This document shows positions 47,716 to 55,962 of a stretch of DNA of 64,000 bases, piece by piece (within the stretch, counting starts at the first letter, position 1; the number at the start of each line of letters is the position of its first letter). This stretch comes from a virus. The stretch lies in IMG/VR virus record IMGVR_UViG_3300032132_000754, positions 72,117-136,116 of that record; one strand, 5' to 3'. The notes beneath the pieces are model-generated. The model did not search any database and had not been told where the DNA came from. It saw only the letters and a program-made list of their open reading frames with translations. The position numbers and the translations under genes are program-made.

Positions 47716-48211
47716 TTGATTGTCTCGCAAACGGTCGAGTGCAACGCACGAAATCGTTTAAATCAACGAAAGCACGTAGAACTAGGAAATATTTTCCATC
47801 GCCAGTTGGTTGGTCTAAAAAGTCCACGCCAGAAGTTAGGGTGGTTTCGGACAGTGTTAAAGTTGGGGCTAAAACACCGCTGTCATAGACGGGGTTAGCC
47901 GTAATGGCACCTTCCATATAAAGAAGGAGTTGATATGTTGTACCAGCGGTGCCTTTAATTTGAATCTTGATTTCCTCGACTTTTGTCTCAGTCTCGGCCA
48001 ATCGTCCTTGATAGGCGATGTCTAGAGACTGAGTATTGTCTAAACCTTCAACTTCATCGAGTGATTCAAAGTCTCCGACAAAGTCTGGATATTCAGTATC
48101 GCCACGAACCTTAGCTGGATCGCTGGGATTTCCGAAGACACCTTGGTTAAGGTAAGCTTTCCGGAAGAATCTTAACTGTTTATTTCTTGGTCCAAATGGG
48201 TCGTTAGGCAT
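47705..48211 (-). CDS. putative structural protein
   Basis: GDFESLD...YQGRL...IKGT...NPVYDSG...QP...YF matches the C-terminus of the downstream gene. Confidence 0.7.
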   Translation of the reverse strand: MPNDPFGPRNKQLRFFRKAYLNQGVFGNPSDPAKVRGDTEYPDFVGDFESLDEVEGLDNTQSLDIAYQGRLAETETKVEEIKIQIKGTAGTTYQLLLYMEGAITANPVYDSGVLAPTLTLSETTLTSGVDFLDQPTGDGKYFLVLRAFVDLNDFVRCTRPFARQSNAS

Positions 48212-48238
48212 GATGTATCCATTTATATATTTGATGTT

Positions 48239-48898
48239 TTAGTTAGACGTTGATGAAAAGTCTGTTTTCGAACAAGTCATTGCTAACTTCGTTCTGGCTT
48301 CTATCGTTGGGTCATTGGTAGGACTAAAAAACATAACCATGAACAATCTGCCAGTATTAGGCCCACGACCGAAATATCTCATGCTACGATGAAACTGATC
48401 ACCTTTATAAATGACCAACCGATTGTATTGATTGCTAATGCAATCTAATAATTCCCATTTAGTTTCATCATATGCGTCTTGTACGCATTCATTATAATCT
48501 TCTTGAGATAAACCGATTGTGCTCTTAGCGCCAGTCGCTTTATGGCGGAATAATCCAGTTCCAGAATTTGACGGTGCATCTGGAGTTAACGGCAAAACAA
48601 CAGCCCATTCATCTAGATCTGCATGGATCCAACTAACGTGATATGACCATGCTAGTTGGAAATAAAATGAAAGTTTAGCTTTGGGATTAGGAGAGCCAGT
48701 AATCTGCCCAAGTGAAGATTTTAATAATTCAGTCCAGGATTCTCGATCTTCTGGTAGCATTTCTGCTCGAACACCTGGGAAAATTCCAAAATTTCCTCCG
48801 CCCTCTTGATATTCTAATCCTAGAGCATATTGTCTAGTTAAATCAGGATTGGAAAGAAAATTATCAACCGTTATTAGCTTCGTTTGGGCCACTGACAT
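48239..48898 (-). CDS. 2OG-Fe(II) oxygenase-like protein (DUF6445-like)
   Basis: VDNFLSNPD..R..AL, FPGVR, WIHAD, LTPDAP..SGT, NRLVIY....FHRS..YFG....GRL. Confidence 0.8.
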   Translation of the reverse strand: MSVAQTKLITVDNFLSNPDLTRQYALGLEYQEGGGNFGIFPGVRAEMLPEDRESWTELLKSSLGQITGSPNPKAKLSFYFQLAWSYHVSWIHADLDEWAVVLPLTPDAPSNSGTGLFRHKATGAKSTIGLSQEDYNECVQDAYDETKWELLDCISNQYNRLVIYKGDQFHRSMRYFGRGPNTGRLFMVMFFSPTNDPTIEARTKLAMTCSKTDFSSTSN

Positions 48899-49544
48899 CC
48901 TCCGAGTACACCATAAAAGTAGTTACGATTAACTTCGGGTTACTAATAGGCGTTTTGCCTTCGTGCGGATGAGTAAAACCTGCTGGAAACCAAACGACTT
49001 TACCCATTTCTGGTTTCACTTTGGCGTTCTGAATTGGGAAGCAAGTTTCACCACCCTCTTCAACATCATTTAAGTAGATAATTACAGCCAATTCTCTATT
49101 GCTTGAGCCGATGGAATTGCGGTCAACGTGTGGCTTAAAACCATCTTGGCCATTATTTAAGTAATACTGTATCTGAAAACCCGTGTTTTCGAGTCCAGAA
49201 TCTGCGCATACGTAGTAAAGCGGCACAACATGTTGAACATAAAGAGGTCCAGTTTTACCAATAGCTTCTTTAAATGCTGTAGCTATTTTAATCCATCTAG
49301 GATCTTTGGCTACTTCACTACAAACATCCAGGTCTAGCGATGACTTTGAACCTTTGTTTACAGAGCCTGTTGCGTAGTTTGTTCCAGTCATTCCTTCGAA
49401 TTTGTTTGGAGAATCCATAAATAAAGCATATGCTTCTCTACATATTTCTTCAGAAACAACATTGCGGTATTCTTTAATAAAAGTTTCGCCCACAGTTGGC
49501 CAATCCATAGTTGGCTCTGGAATTGTATAATTTACAACGCCCAT
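48864..49544 (-). CDS. 2OG-Fe(II) oxygenase (prolyl 4-hydroxylase-like)
   Basis: FKPHVD, R.L.VIIYLNDVEEGGET.F, GKVVWFP..FTHPHEG..P.S..K. Confidence 0.88.
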   Translation of the reverse strand: MGVVNYTIPEPTMDWPTVGETFIKEYRNVVSEEICREAYALFMDSPNKFEGMTGTNYATGSVNKGSKSSLDLDVCSEVAKDPRWIKIATAFKEAIGKTGPLYVQHVVPLYYVCADSGLENTGFQIQYYLNNGQDGFKPHVDRNSIGSSNRELAVIIYLNDVEEGGETCFPIQNAKVKPEMGKVVWFPAGFTHPHEGKTPISNPKLIVTTFMVYSEDVSGPNEANNG

Positions 49545-50110
49545 TAAGTTCCCCTAATACAAACTAACGCTACATGGGCTATAGGGATCATGACGCAAAT
49601 ACGACCTTTTAATCCCATGACTGGAACAGTCAAATTAATTTGCTCGGTTTCTCCAGAAGTGAAAGTCAACGTTCTTGGCGAAGGTGTGTCCAACATCGGA
49701 GCACCATCGTAGTCTTGCAATTCTACTTCTAAACCGTCTGGTGCCTCAGCACAAGTCAATTTATATGTCACTGTTGCGTCAGCAGTTTTATCTAAATCAG
49801 CCATATGTGGAACAGGGGTTCCATCGACAACAGCTGTTAAGACATATTTTAATTGCAATCCTGTTCCTGACCAGAAATAGTCTTCGATATGTAGTACAGC
49901 ACAATCACAAGTATAGTCGTAAGCAAGACAATCACAGTCATATGGAATACATTCCACAAACCCGTCGTCATTTATAAAAGCATCGCGCAATTCTTGCATG
50001 CTTTGATCTGGCACGTCTGGGTCGGACAAATCTTTACCAATCCAAGCACCAGGGTGGTCTAAAGAAGCTCCAAGCCTACCCGTTAGATCATACCAAATGT
50101 AATGTCTCAT
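49544..50110 (-). CDS. hypothetical protein (possible fibre accessory/chaperone)
   Basis: 188 aa with CDC...CDC; lies directly downstream of the duplicated collagen genes. Confidence 0.6.
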   Translation of the reverse strand: MRHYIWYDLTGRLGASLDHPGAWIGKDLSDPDVPDQSMQELRDAFINDDGFVECIPYDCDCLAYDYTCDCAVLHIEDYFWSGTGLQLKYVLTAVVDGTPVPHMADLDKTADATVTYKLTCAEAPDGLEVELQDYDGAPMLDTPSPRTLTFTSGETEQINLTVPVMGLKGRICVMIPIAHVALVCIRGT

Positions 50111-50112
50111 AT

Positions 50113-50604
50113 TTATCCTGCAGCTTCAAAGCTTACACCAGCTTGGCCATTTACCGCACCGCCCCAGTAAACAACTCTCACAGTCACTGTATTACTACCT
50201 ACGCCCTGCACATTGTTCACACTTGTTCCGGCAGTATCAGGCTGTGTATTACGTTGACTCGATGCTCCAGCGGCCATTCTCCAAACAAAACCTGGACCAA
50301 AATTGAATGAAACAACATTAGGCCCGCCAGTATTAATAGTACCAGTGGCACTGCCAGCATTAAATGAATTAAATCCTGCCCCTTGCGCGCCTGTATTGCC
50401 CTGGTTGCCTTGATTGCCTTGGCCACCTTGTGCTCCCTGTGGACCTTGTGCTCCCTGTGGGCCTACAGCGGAAACTGTAACCTGGCCAGGAGCAGTTTGA
50501 GACACACCGCCAGACGGAAACTCTAAAGATCTTAAATTAGTAGTGTTCTGAGGAACACCACCGATGGTGATTTGTCCAATACTTGGTGGGAATGATCTTG
50601 GCAT
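50113..50604 (-). CDS. short collagen-like (G-x-Q) fibre protein, copy A
   Basis: GPQGAQGPQGAQGGQGNQGNQG; near-identical to 50620..51111. Confidence 0.82.
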   Translation of the reverse strand: MPRSFPPSIGQITIGGVPQNTTNLRSLEFPSGGVSQTAPGQVTVSAVGPQGAQGPQGAQGGQGNQGNQGNTGAQGAGFNSFNAGSATGTINTGGPNVVSFNFGPGFVWRMAAGASSQRNTQPDTAGTSVNNVQGVGSNTVTVRVVYWGGAVNGQAGVSFEAAG

Positions 50605-50607
50605 AAC

Positions 50608-50617
50608 TTATTTTTGT
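50608..50617 (-). promoter_or_regulatory. WCAAANNTAW promoter-like motif (class 2 representative)
   Basis: Also at 15570(+), 26741(-), 33158(-), 48234(-), 51124(-) and 62460(-), mostly ahead of structural-type genes. Confidence 0.5.
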
Positions 50618-50619
50618 AC

Positions 50620-51111
50620 TTATCCTGAAGCTTCGAAATTTACACCAGCTTGGCCATTTACAAAACCACCAAGGTAAACAACTCTAACAGTTACTGTGCT
50701 AGTACCAACGCCCTGGACATTTTGCACGCTTGTTCCGGCAGTATCAGGCTGTGTATTGCGCTGGCTGGATGCGCCATGTGCCATCCTCCATATAAAACCT
50801 GTACCGAAGTTGAATGAAACAATATTAGGGCCGCCAGTATTAATTGTGCCAACGCCACTGCCAGCTGTAAATGATGAGTATCCTGCACCGACTAATCCTG
50901 TATTGCCTGCATTTCCTTGGTTGCCTTGGTTGCCTTGTGCTCCCTGTGGTCCCTGTGCCCCTTGAGCACCTGGAACTGAAACAGTAACCTGACCAGGAGC
51001 AGTTTGAGACACACCGCCAGACGGAAACTCTAAAGATCTAATGTTAGTATTGTTCTGTGGAACACCACCGATAGTTATTTGTCCAATACTTGGTGGGAAT
51101 GATCTTGGCAT
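50620..51111 (-). CDS. short collagen-like (G-x-Q) fibre protein, copy B
   Basis: Same length and architecture as copy A. Confidence 0.82.
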   Translation of the reverse strand: MPRSFPPSIGQITIGGVPQNNTNIRSLEFPSGGVSQTAPGQVTVSVPGAQGAQGPQGAQGNQGNQGNAGNTGLVGAGYSSFTAGSGVGTINTGGPNIVSFNFGTGFIWRMAHGASSQRNTQPDTAGTSVQNVQGVGTSTVTVRVVYLGGFVNGQAGVNFEASG

Positions 51112-51141
51112 AGCTTATTTTTGTACTAGTAGATATTCCAA

Positions 51142-51780
51142 ATGAATATTAGAGTCGAACAATCTTTTGTCTTATATGCTCATTGTGAAGTGCACTATGA
51201 AGGTCGTGCTAGGTCTTACTTAAACCCAGGAAATTACTTGATCACTCATAAGAATGACGGAACTCTGAAAATAGATGGTGGGTCGTTGTGTAATCCGTTA
51301 AACTATCAACCGCCTGGAGCAATCCTATATAAGCAAGGCAATCACTTGCTATCGATTAGAAAAGGCGAGAAGATCCTAATAAAGATTTTCGACATTCATT
51401 ATTATCAAGAACTTAAAGAATGGTCTACTAACAAAATCGAGATTACTAAAACCGAAGCACAATTAAGAGACAAATTGATGGAAAATGTCGAAGACGTTCT
51501 TGGCATTAAAGCTAGAGAAATTTTCAAAGAGTTCAAGACACCAGTCGGGCTAGTCGATCTTCTTGTGATCGACGAATACGACACTTATCATGTCATTGAA
51601 GTTAAACGCGGGAAAGCCAACCTAGCAACTTGTAGTCAATTAGAACGTTACGCTTATTACTTCATCTCAATTATGAAAAATGTTAGAGACTACATAGCTA
51701 GTCCAGATATTAGCGATAACGCACTCAGATTTTCTAAAGAAAACTTCCAAAGTTATCTAAAAGTCGAACATGTGTCGTAG
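51142..51780 (+). CDS. nucS: NucS/EndoMS-family endonuclease
   Basis: CEVHYEGRARSYL..G..L...K.DGTL.I......PLNYQPPG, TEAQLRD, KEFKTPVG.VDLL..D...VIEVKR...QLERY. Confidence 0.9.
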   Translation: MNIRVEQSFVLYAHCEVHYEGRARSYLNPGNYLITHKNDGTLKIDGGSLCNPLNYQPPGAILYKQGNHLLSIRKGEKILIKIFDIHYYQELKEWSTNKIEITKTEAQLRDKLMENVEDVLGIKAREIFKEFKTPVGLVDLLVIDEYDTYHVIEVKRGKANLATCSQLERYAYYFISIMKNVRDYIASPDISDNALRFSKENFQSYLKVEHVS

Positions 51781-51788
51781 GAAACAAA

Positions 51789-52091
51789 ATGAACGAAAAA
51801 ATTAAACAATTACTAACGCAATATGACGATGAACTTTCAAAAATGAGAGTTAAACCAAGAATCGTTAAAGATTATTGCGGCGATATTGGCGTTAAAGGTC
51901 TTCAAGACGACATGAATCAGATGGCGCATCTTCGTTATATGATGTCTCAAATGTTAGATGATGAAGAAACTGAATGGAGCGATACAAAGACTAATCGTTG
52001 GCTCGGATTTGTTCAAGGCGTGCTCTGGTGCAACAAATTAAGAGGAATCTTAGAATTACGCGATGAAAGCCGTAATCTTTACGAAGAATAG
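51789..52091 (+). CDS. conserved phage hypothetical protein
   Basis: HL.YM...K.NRWLGFVQGVLW motif. Confidence 0.7.
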   Translation: MNEKIKQLLTQYDDELSKMRVKPRIVKDYCGDIGVKGLQDDMNQMAHLRYMMSQMLDDEETEWSDTKTNRWLGFVQGVLWCNKLRGILELRDESRNLYEE

Positions 52092-52103
52092 TATTTAAAC
52101 GTT

Positions 52104-52598
52104 ATGAACAAGCCAAAGTACCGTAAATGCCCAAAATGTGGCAAGAAGATGGCCCTACGAAAGTCCCACACTAAAGGGACCAAATTCTGGGGCTGCATGG
52201 CATTCCGAGATGACGGATGCGATGGTACCGCTCCATATCACGGCACAGGAGCCAGAGCAGGGCTGGACTTAGATATTCGAGAGATTGAAAACGGATATAT
52301 CGTAACCCCGTCTCGAAAATATTGCGACAATGTTGAGGATGAAGAATCCCCAGAAAGTTATTGTGGCACCAAAGAAGAACTGCAAGTTTTTCTAGAGACT
52401 TTCCTTAAAGACCAGATCAGTTCGCTTCTTGAACAGATTGAAACTTCTACAGAATTTGTAGATGAAATTGATGAGCAAATCGTCAAAGACGTTAAGGTAA
52501 AAGTGAAACGCCAGGGAACAGCCAAAGGCGATGTCAGCGCATTGTTAGCGAAGATGGCAGCAGCCAAAAAGAAAGCTGAAGCTGGGCAAGAAGCTTAA
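52104..52598 (+). CDS. topoisomerase-type C4 zinc-ribbon protein
   Basis: CPKCGKKMALR...KFWGC..F...C.GT. Confidence 0.75.
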   Translation: MNKPKYRKCPKCGKKMALRKSHTKGTKFWGCMAFRDDGCDGTAPYHGTGARAGLDLDIREIENGYIVTPSRKYCDNVEDEESPESYCGTKEELQVFLETFLKDQISSLLEQIETSTEFVDEIDEQIVKDVKVKVKRQGTAKGDVSALLAKMAAAKKKAEAGQEA

Positions 52599-53161
52599 GC
52601 CAATCGAACCCAAACATCCGCATGACAGATAGGAGATTCACTTCCAGTAGCGCTAATATATCGGAACCCAATCAAATTTCCAGCCGAAAATGCTACTGGT
52701 GGACTTATAGTAAACGGACTGGTAAGAGGGAACCCGGCACTGTCGACCGCTAATGGTGCACCAATAACAGTGCCGTTCACAGTAACTTCATAAGTAGTAA
52801 CACCGATTGCGCCGTCGTTGTTTATAATGACAAATTCAATTTGCCCATCTACTGGAACAGTATATCCCAGTGTTGGGAATGTACCTAGAGGGATAGCTGG
52901 CAAAATATCTATAGGCCCAGGGCCTGAAATACTAGTATCTGAAAAAGTAAGTTTAGTTAAACCGCTGGTTCCTGTGATTCCTAAATGGTCTTCTGAGCTA
53001 TGGGCTGTCGCGTCGAATGCTTCTGCTGCAGGCACCCCTGTAAATCCAGCATGGTCTATTCCAGAGTGAGCCGCCGTCGTAAGATCGCCAACGCCGGGAA
53101 TCCCAGTGTGGCTAACTCCAGAGTGAGCATTAGTATTAAATGGGTTTCGTCCTTGATACAT
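52595..53161 (-). CDS. putative fibre/virion protein with His repeats
   Basis: AHSGVSHTGIPGV, AHSGIDHAGFTGV, AHSSEDHLGITG. ATG at 53161 overlaps the upstream stop. Confidence 0.65.
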   Translation of the reverse strand: MYQGRNPFNTNAHSGVSHTGIPGVGDLTTAAHSGIDHAGFTGVPAAEAFDATAHSSEDHLGITGTSGLTKLTFSDTSISGPGPIDILPAIPLGTFPTLGYTVPVDGQIEFVIINNDGAIGVTTYEVTVNGTVIGAPLAVDSAGFPLTSPFTISPPVAFSAGNLIGFRYISATGSESPICHADVWVRLA

Positions 53162-55686
53162 TAGAAGATTCTCCATCCGCCAAACGCGAACATTAACACA
53201 AAAGCTTGTTCATCGATATTTACGACAAATTGACTAGTAATGTCCCCATCAATCGCATTGCCGTTACCATCGACCATAACATTATTTGTCGAAGCGTTCA
53301 TGTCTTCGTCTTTAAACCAAATACGATCCCCTTCAACCGGGGTTGGAGGCAATGTCACAGTAAAGCTTGGGTTAGAAGTTTGTAATCCCACATAACGATC
53401 AGTGGTTTGTGCCAAAGTCGTATTAGAAGAAACTTGTGTTAATAACGGCGAACTACTAATTCCAGTTTGACCAGTAGCTCCATCTGGACCAGTAGCTCCA
53501 TCTGGACCAGTAGGTCCGGTTAAGACTCCGCCGCCTGGGCCGATAGTGCTTGGATTGAACCCAAAAACATAAACGTCAAAATCAGCAACAGATCCAACCA
53601 ATAACTCCTGAGCAACATCTAGAGTTAAATTGTCAGCACAGATACTCTTGTCTTTTAAGGTTAGAGAGAAAACGTCCCCGGTTGTGAAAAATCCAGGCAG
53701 TGTTTTAGTAAAAACAATATTGTCTAATCCAGTATCATCGCTGGTTCCTAGACTAATAGACATTGGTGCGCCGCTGGCATCGCCGTTTGTCATTTTCAAA
53801 ACAACCCTAGCGATTATGTGGTCATTGCCGGAATCTAAGAAAACTTGTGTAGAGCCGGGAGTTAAACCATCAAGGCCAACTGCGCTACTCAACATAGTTT
53901 CGGCACTATTAACTAAAGATATGCCAGTTAAACCAGTTGCTCCGATTGGGCCGGTGGGTCCTGTAGCCCCTGGAGCTACAGATGAACCACTTGTGATTTC
54001 ATCCGGATCAAATCCGAAAATATAAACATCAAAAGTGCCAGGGTCAGTACCGCCGAAAGCTTCGTCGATTTCCAGGATTAAATTATCTGTGACGCAAACG
54101 CTCTTGTCTTGCAAGACTAATTGATAAACGTCGTCTGTGTTTTTAAAACCGGAAAGTACTTGATTTGTTACAACGTTATCGAGCCCGGTATCGCCAAGCA
54201 CGCCGATATTAATTTTTAGAGACGAAGCTCCGATATCAACACTGCCACTAGTCATCTTGAAAAGAAGGCGAGTAACAACTTTAGCCCCACTTGTTCCAAT
54301 GCTTAGGATCGAATTGACCCCACCTATTGTTCCATCAATAGAAATCGGAGGCGTTAGTAAAATATCAGAGTTTGCTAACCCTGTGCCAACGTCGCCGGTT
54401 GGACCAACGTCGCCTGTGGGGCCAGTTGAGCCAATGTCGCCGGTCGGGCCAGTAGAACCAGTAACGCCGTCAGGGCCAGTCGGGCCGGTAGCTCCAATTG
54501 TAGAATCACTATCAATAGCGAATACAGCGATTAATTCGTCGTCGGCCATCAGCGGAGCAGCAGAGCCCGTTCCTGTAGGACCTGTTGGTTGCCAAATGAT
54601 TTGTTGGAAATTCGGCCCGGTTAGTTGATAATCTCGGCCAACACCCTGAACCTGGAACATCTTGTTTTGGAACAATCGGACAGCAGTAGGATTGTTGATT
54701 TGAGCTGTAATTGTATCGCTAAGAATCGTATCACCGTCTGATAGAGTGACTTCTTCAGGAACAAGTTCTTGTTGGATTGGAACGATCGGCAAAATGGCTG
54801 AATCTTCGATATAAACCGCGACAAGCTTGTCTTCTGGATCTAATTCTACGCCATGGTTATCGATCAACCAAACGATTTGATTGTTTTCTGGGCCAGTTAG
54901 CGAATAATCTACACCCTGCTCTAAGAACAATCTGTTCAAGAACAAACGGAAAGCTTGTGGGTTGGCTACTTGGAAGGTAACCGACCCAATATTTGTATTT
55001 CCGTCACTAGGGCCGACTCCACCAGTTGGGATAGCGACTTGCTCTTGATGAGGAATGGTGAAAAGATCGCCAGACGGACCAGTAGGCCCGTCAACGCCCG
55101 TTAGACCAGTGGCCCCAGTGGCCCCAGTCATGCCATTTGGTCCGGTTGGCCCAGTATTTCCTAGAGCACCGAATGTGCCAATGTAACGGTAGACGGTGAT
55201 TTTGAGAGGAGTTAATAGACCTAGATCGGATGGTGTAAAACCTTCATCGAACCTAACAATGCCGTTCTTACTATCAACTTGATAGCGTCCATCTGTTAGG
55301 TTGATTACAGTGTTATCGTTTTCGAACAGCGTAAAGAAGTAACCAGCACCGAAAATCTGTGGAGTAATCCATTCTCGTAGTTGCGGGGTAGTTGGGTTTC
55401 CTGGAGTCTGATAAAGAGTCCAAGCTTGCCCGTTAGATAGCGGAACTTCAGTTAGGACTGACAGGGTTAGTTTGTCTACTACTGGGTCTGTAGCGGCTGC
55501 TGCGGCATCGGCTGCTCCTGGCGTTGCAGCGGCTGGGACTGGCTCGGCATAAATATCAGTTAGACGAACCGTAGGCAGCCACGGTAAGCCTTCCTCGAAG
55601 TAATTCTTGTTTGTATTGGTAGATGCTACACCTAGAGATAGCTTATTTGCAATATCTAGTGTTGCTTCGTCGCCAAGCTTAGCCAT
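53161..55686 (-). CDS. collagen-interrupted tail-fibre protein
   Basis: Four GPT/GAT collagen segments separate two pairs of duplicated domains. C-terminal TVTLPPTPVEGD..WFKDE...ASTNN...DGNG is a fibre motif. Confidence 0.8.
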   Translation of the reverse strand: MAKLGDEATLDIANKLSLGVASTNTNKNYFEEGLPWLPTVRLTDIYAEPVPAAATPGAADAAAAATDPVVDKLTLSVLTEVPLSNGQAWTLYQTPGNPTTPQLREWITPQIFGAGYFFTLFENDNTVINLTDGRYQVDSKNGIVRFDEGFTPSDLGLLTPLKITVYRYIGTFGALGNTGPTGPNGMTGATGATGLTGVDGPTGPSGDLFTIPHQEQVAIPTGGVGPSDGNTNIGSVTFQVANPQAFRLFLNRLFLEQGVDYSLTGPENNQIVWLIDNHGVELDPEDKLVAVYIEDSAILPIVPIQQELVPEEVTLSDGDTILSDTITAQINNPTAVRLFQNKMFQVQGVGRDYQLTGPNFQQIIWQPTGPTGTGSAAPLMADDELIAVFAIDSDSTIGATGPTGPDGVTGSTGPTGDIGSTGPTGDVGPTGDVGTGLANSDILLTPPISIDGTIGGVNSILSIGTSGAKVVTRLLFKMTSGSVDIGASSLKINIGVLGDTGLDNVVTNQVLSGFKNTDDVYQLVLQDKSVCVTDNLILEIDEAFGGTDPGTFDVYIFGFDPDEITSGSSVAPGATGPTGPIGATGLTGISLVNSAETMLSSAVGLDGLTPGSTQVFLDSGNDHIIARVVLKMTNGDASGAPMSISLGTSDDTGLDNIVFTKTLPGFFTTGDVFSLTLKDKSICADNLTLDVAQELLVGSVADFDVYVFGFNPSTIGPGGGVLTGPTGPDGATGPDGATGQTGISSSPLLTQVSSNTTLAQTTDRYVGLQTSNPSFTVTLPPTPVEGDRIWFKDEDMNASTNNVMVDGNGNAIDGDITSQFVVNIDEQAFVLMFAFGGWRIF

Positions 55687-55689
55687 ATG

Positions 55690-55959
55690 TTATACACCCA
55701 TCAACTGAATTCGAAGTTCGACTAGTTTTCGTTCATTAACGTAATAAACTTGTGAACAGCGATCAGAGACCTGAAGTTTCAGTTTGAAAGTTCCACCACT
55801 TCTAGATATATGTTCGTTGTCAGACCCATCTAGAGCTGCTTCGACACAGCTAAGCAGATCAGCGCACTCTGAAGCAGATAATTGATGCACAGACTCACCT
55901 CGGCTGTCTCCAGCTTTCAGAAAAATCTCGTTACCTTGTCGTTCTGCTACAAATTTCAT
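55690..55959 (-). CDS. hypothetical protein
   Basis: 89-aa ORF between structural genes. Confidence 0.55.
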   Translation of the reverse strand: MKFVAERQGNEIFLKAGDSRGESVHQLSASECADLLSCVEAALDGSDNEHISRSGGTFKLKLQVSDRCSQVYYVNERKLVELRIQLMGV

Positions 55960-55962
55960 ATT

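Larger units (their letters stand above)
50113..51126 (-). repeat. 507-bp tandem gene duplication including upstream motif
   Basis: Two 163-codon genes offset by 507 bp, each preceded by GTACAAAAATAAG(T/C)T-ATG. Confidence 0.9.

Noticed and set aside
50113-51111. Diversity-generating retroelement TR/VR pair (also considered for the repeats at 7900-9320)
   Set aside because: Both copies are full ORFs, the differences inspected are largely synonymous and not adenine-specific, and there is no reverse transcriptase in the window.
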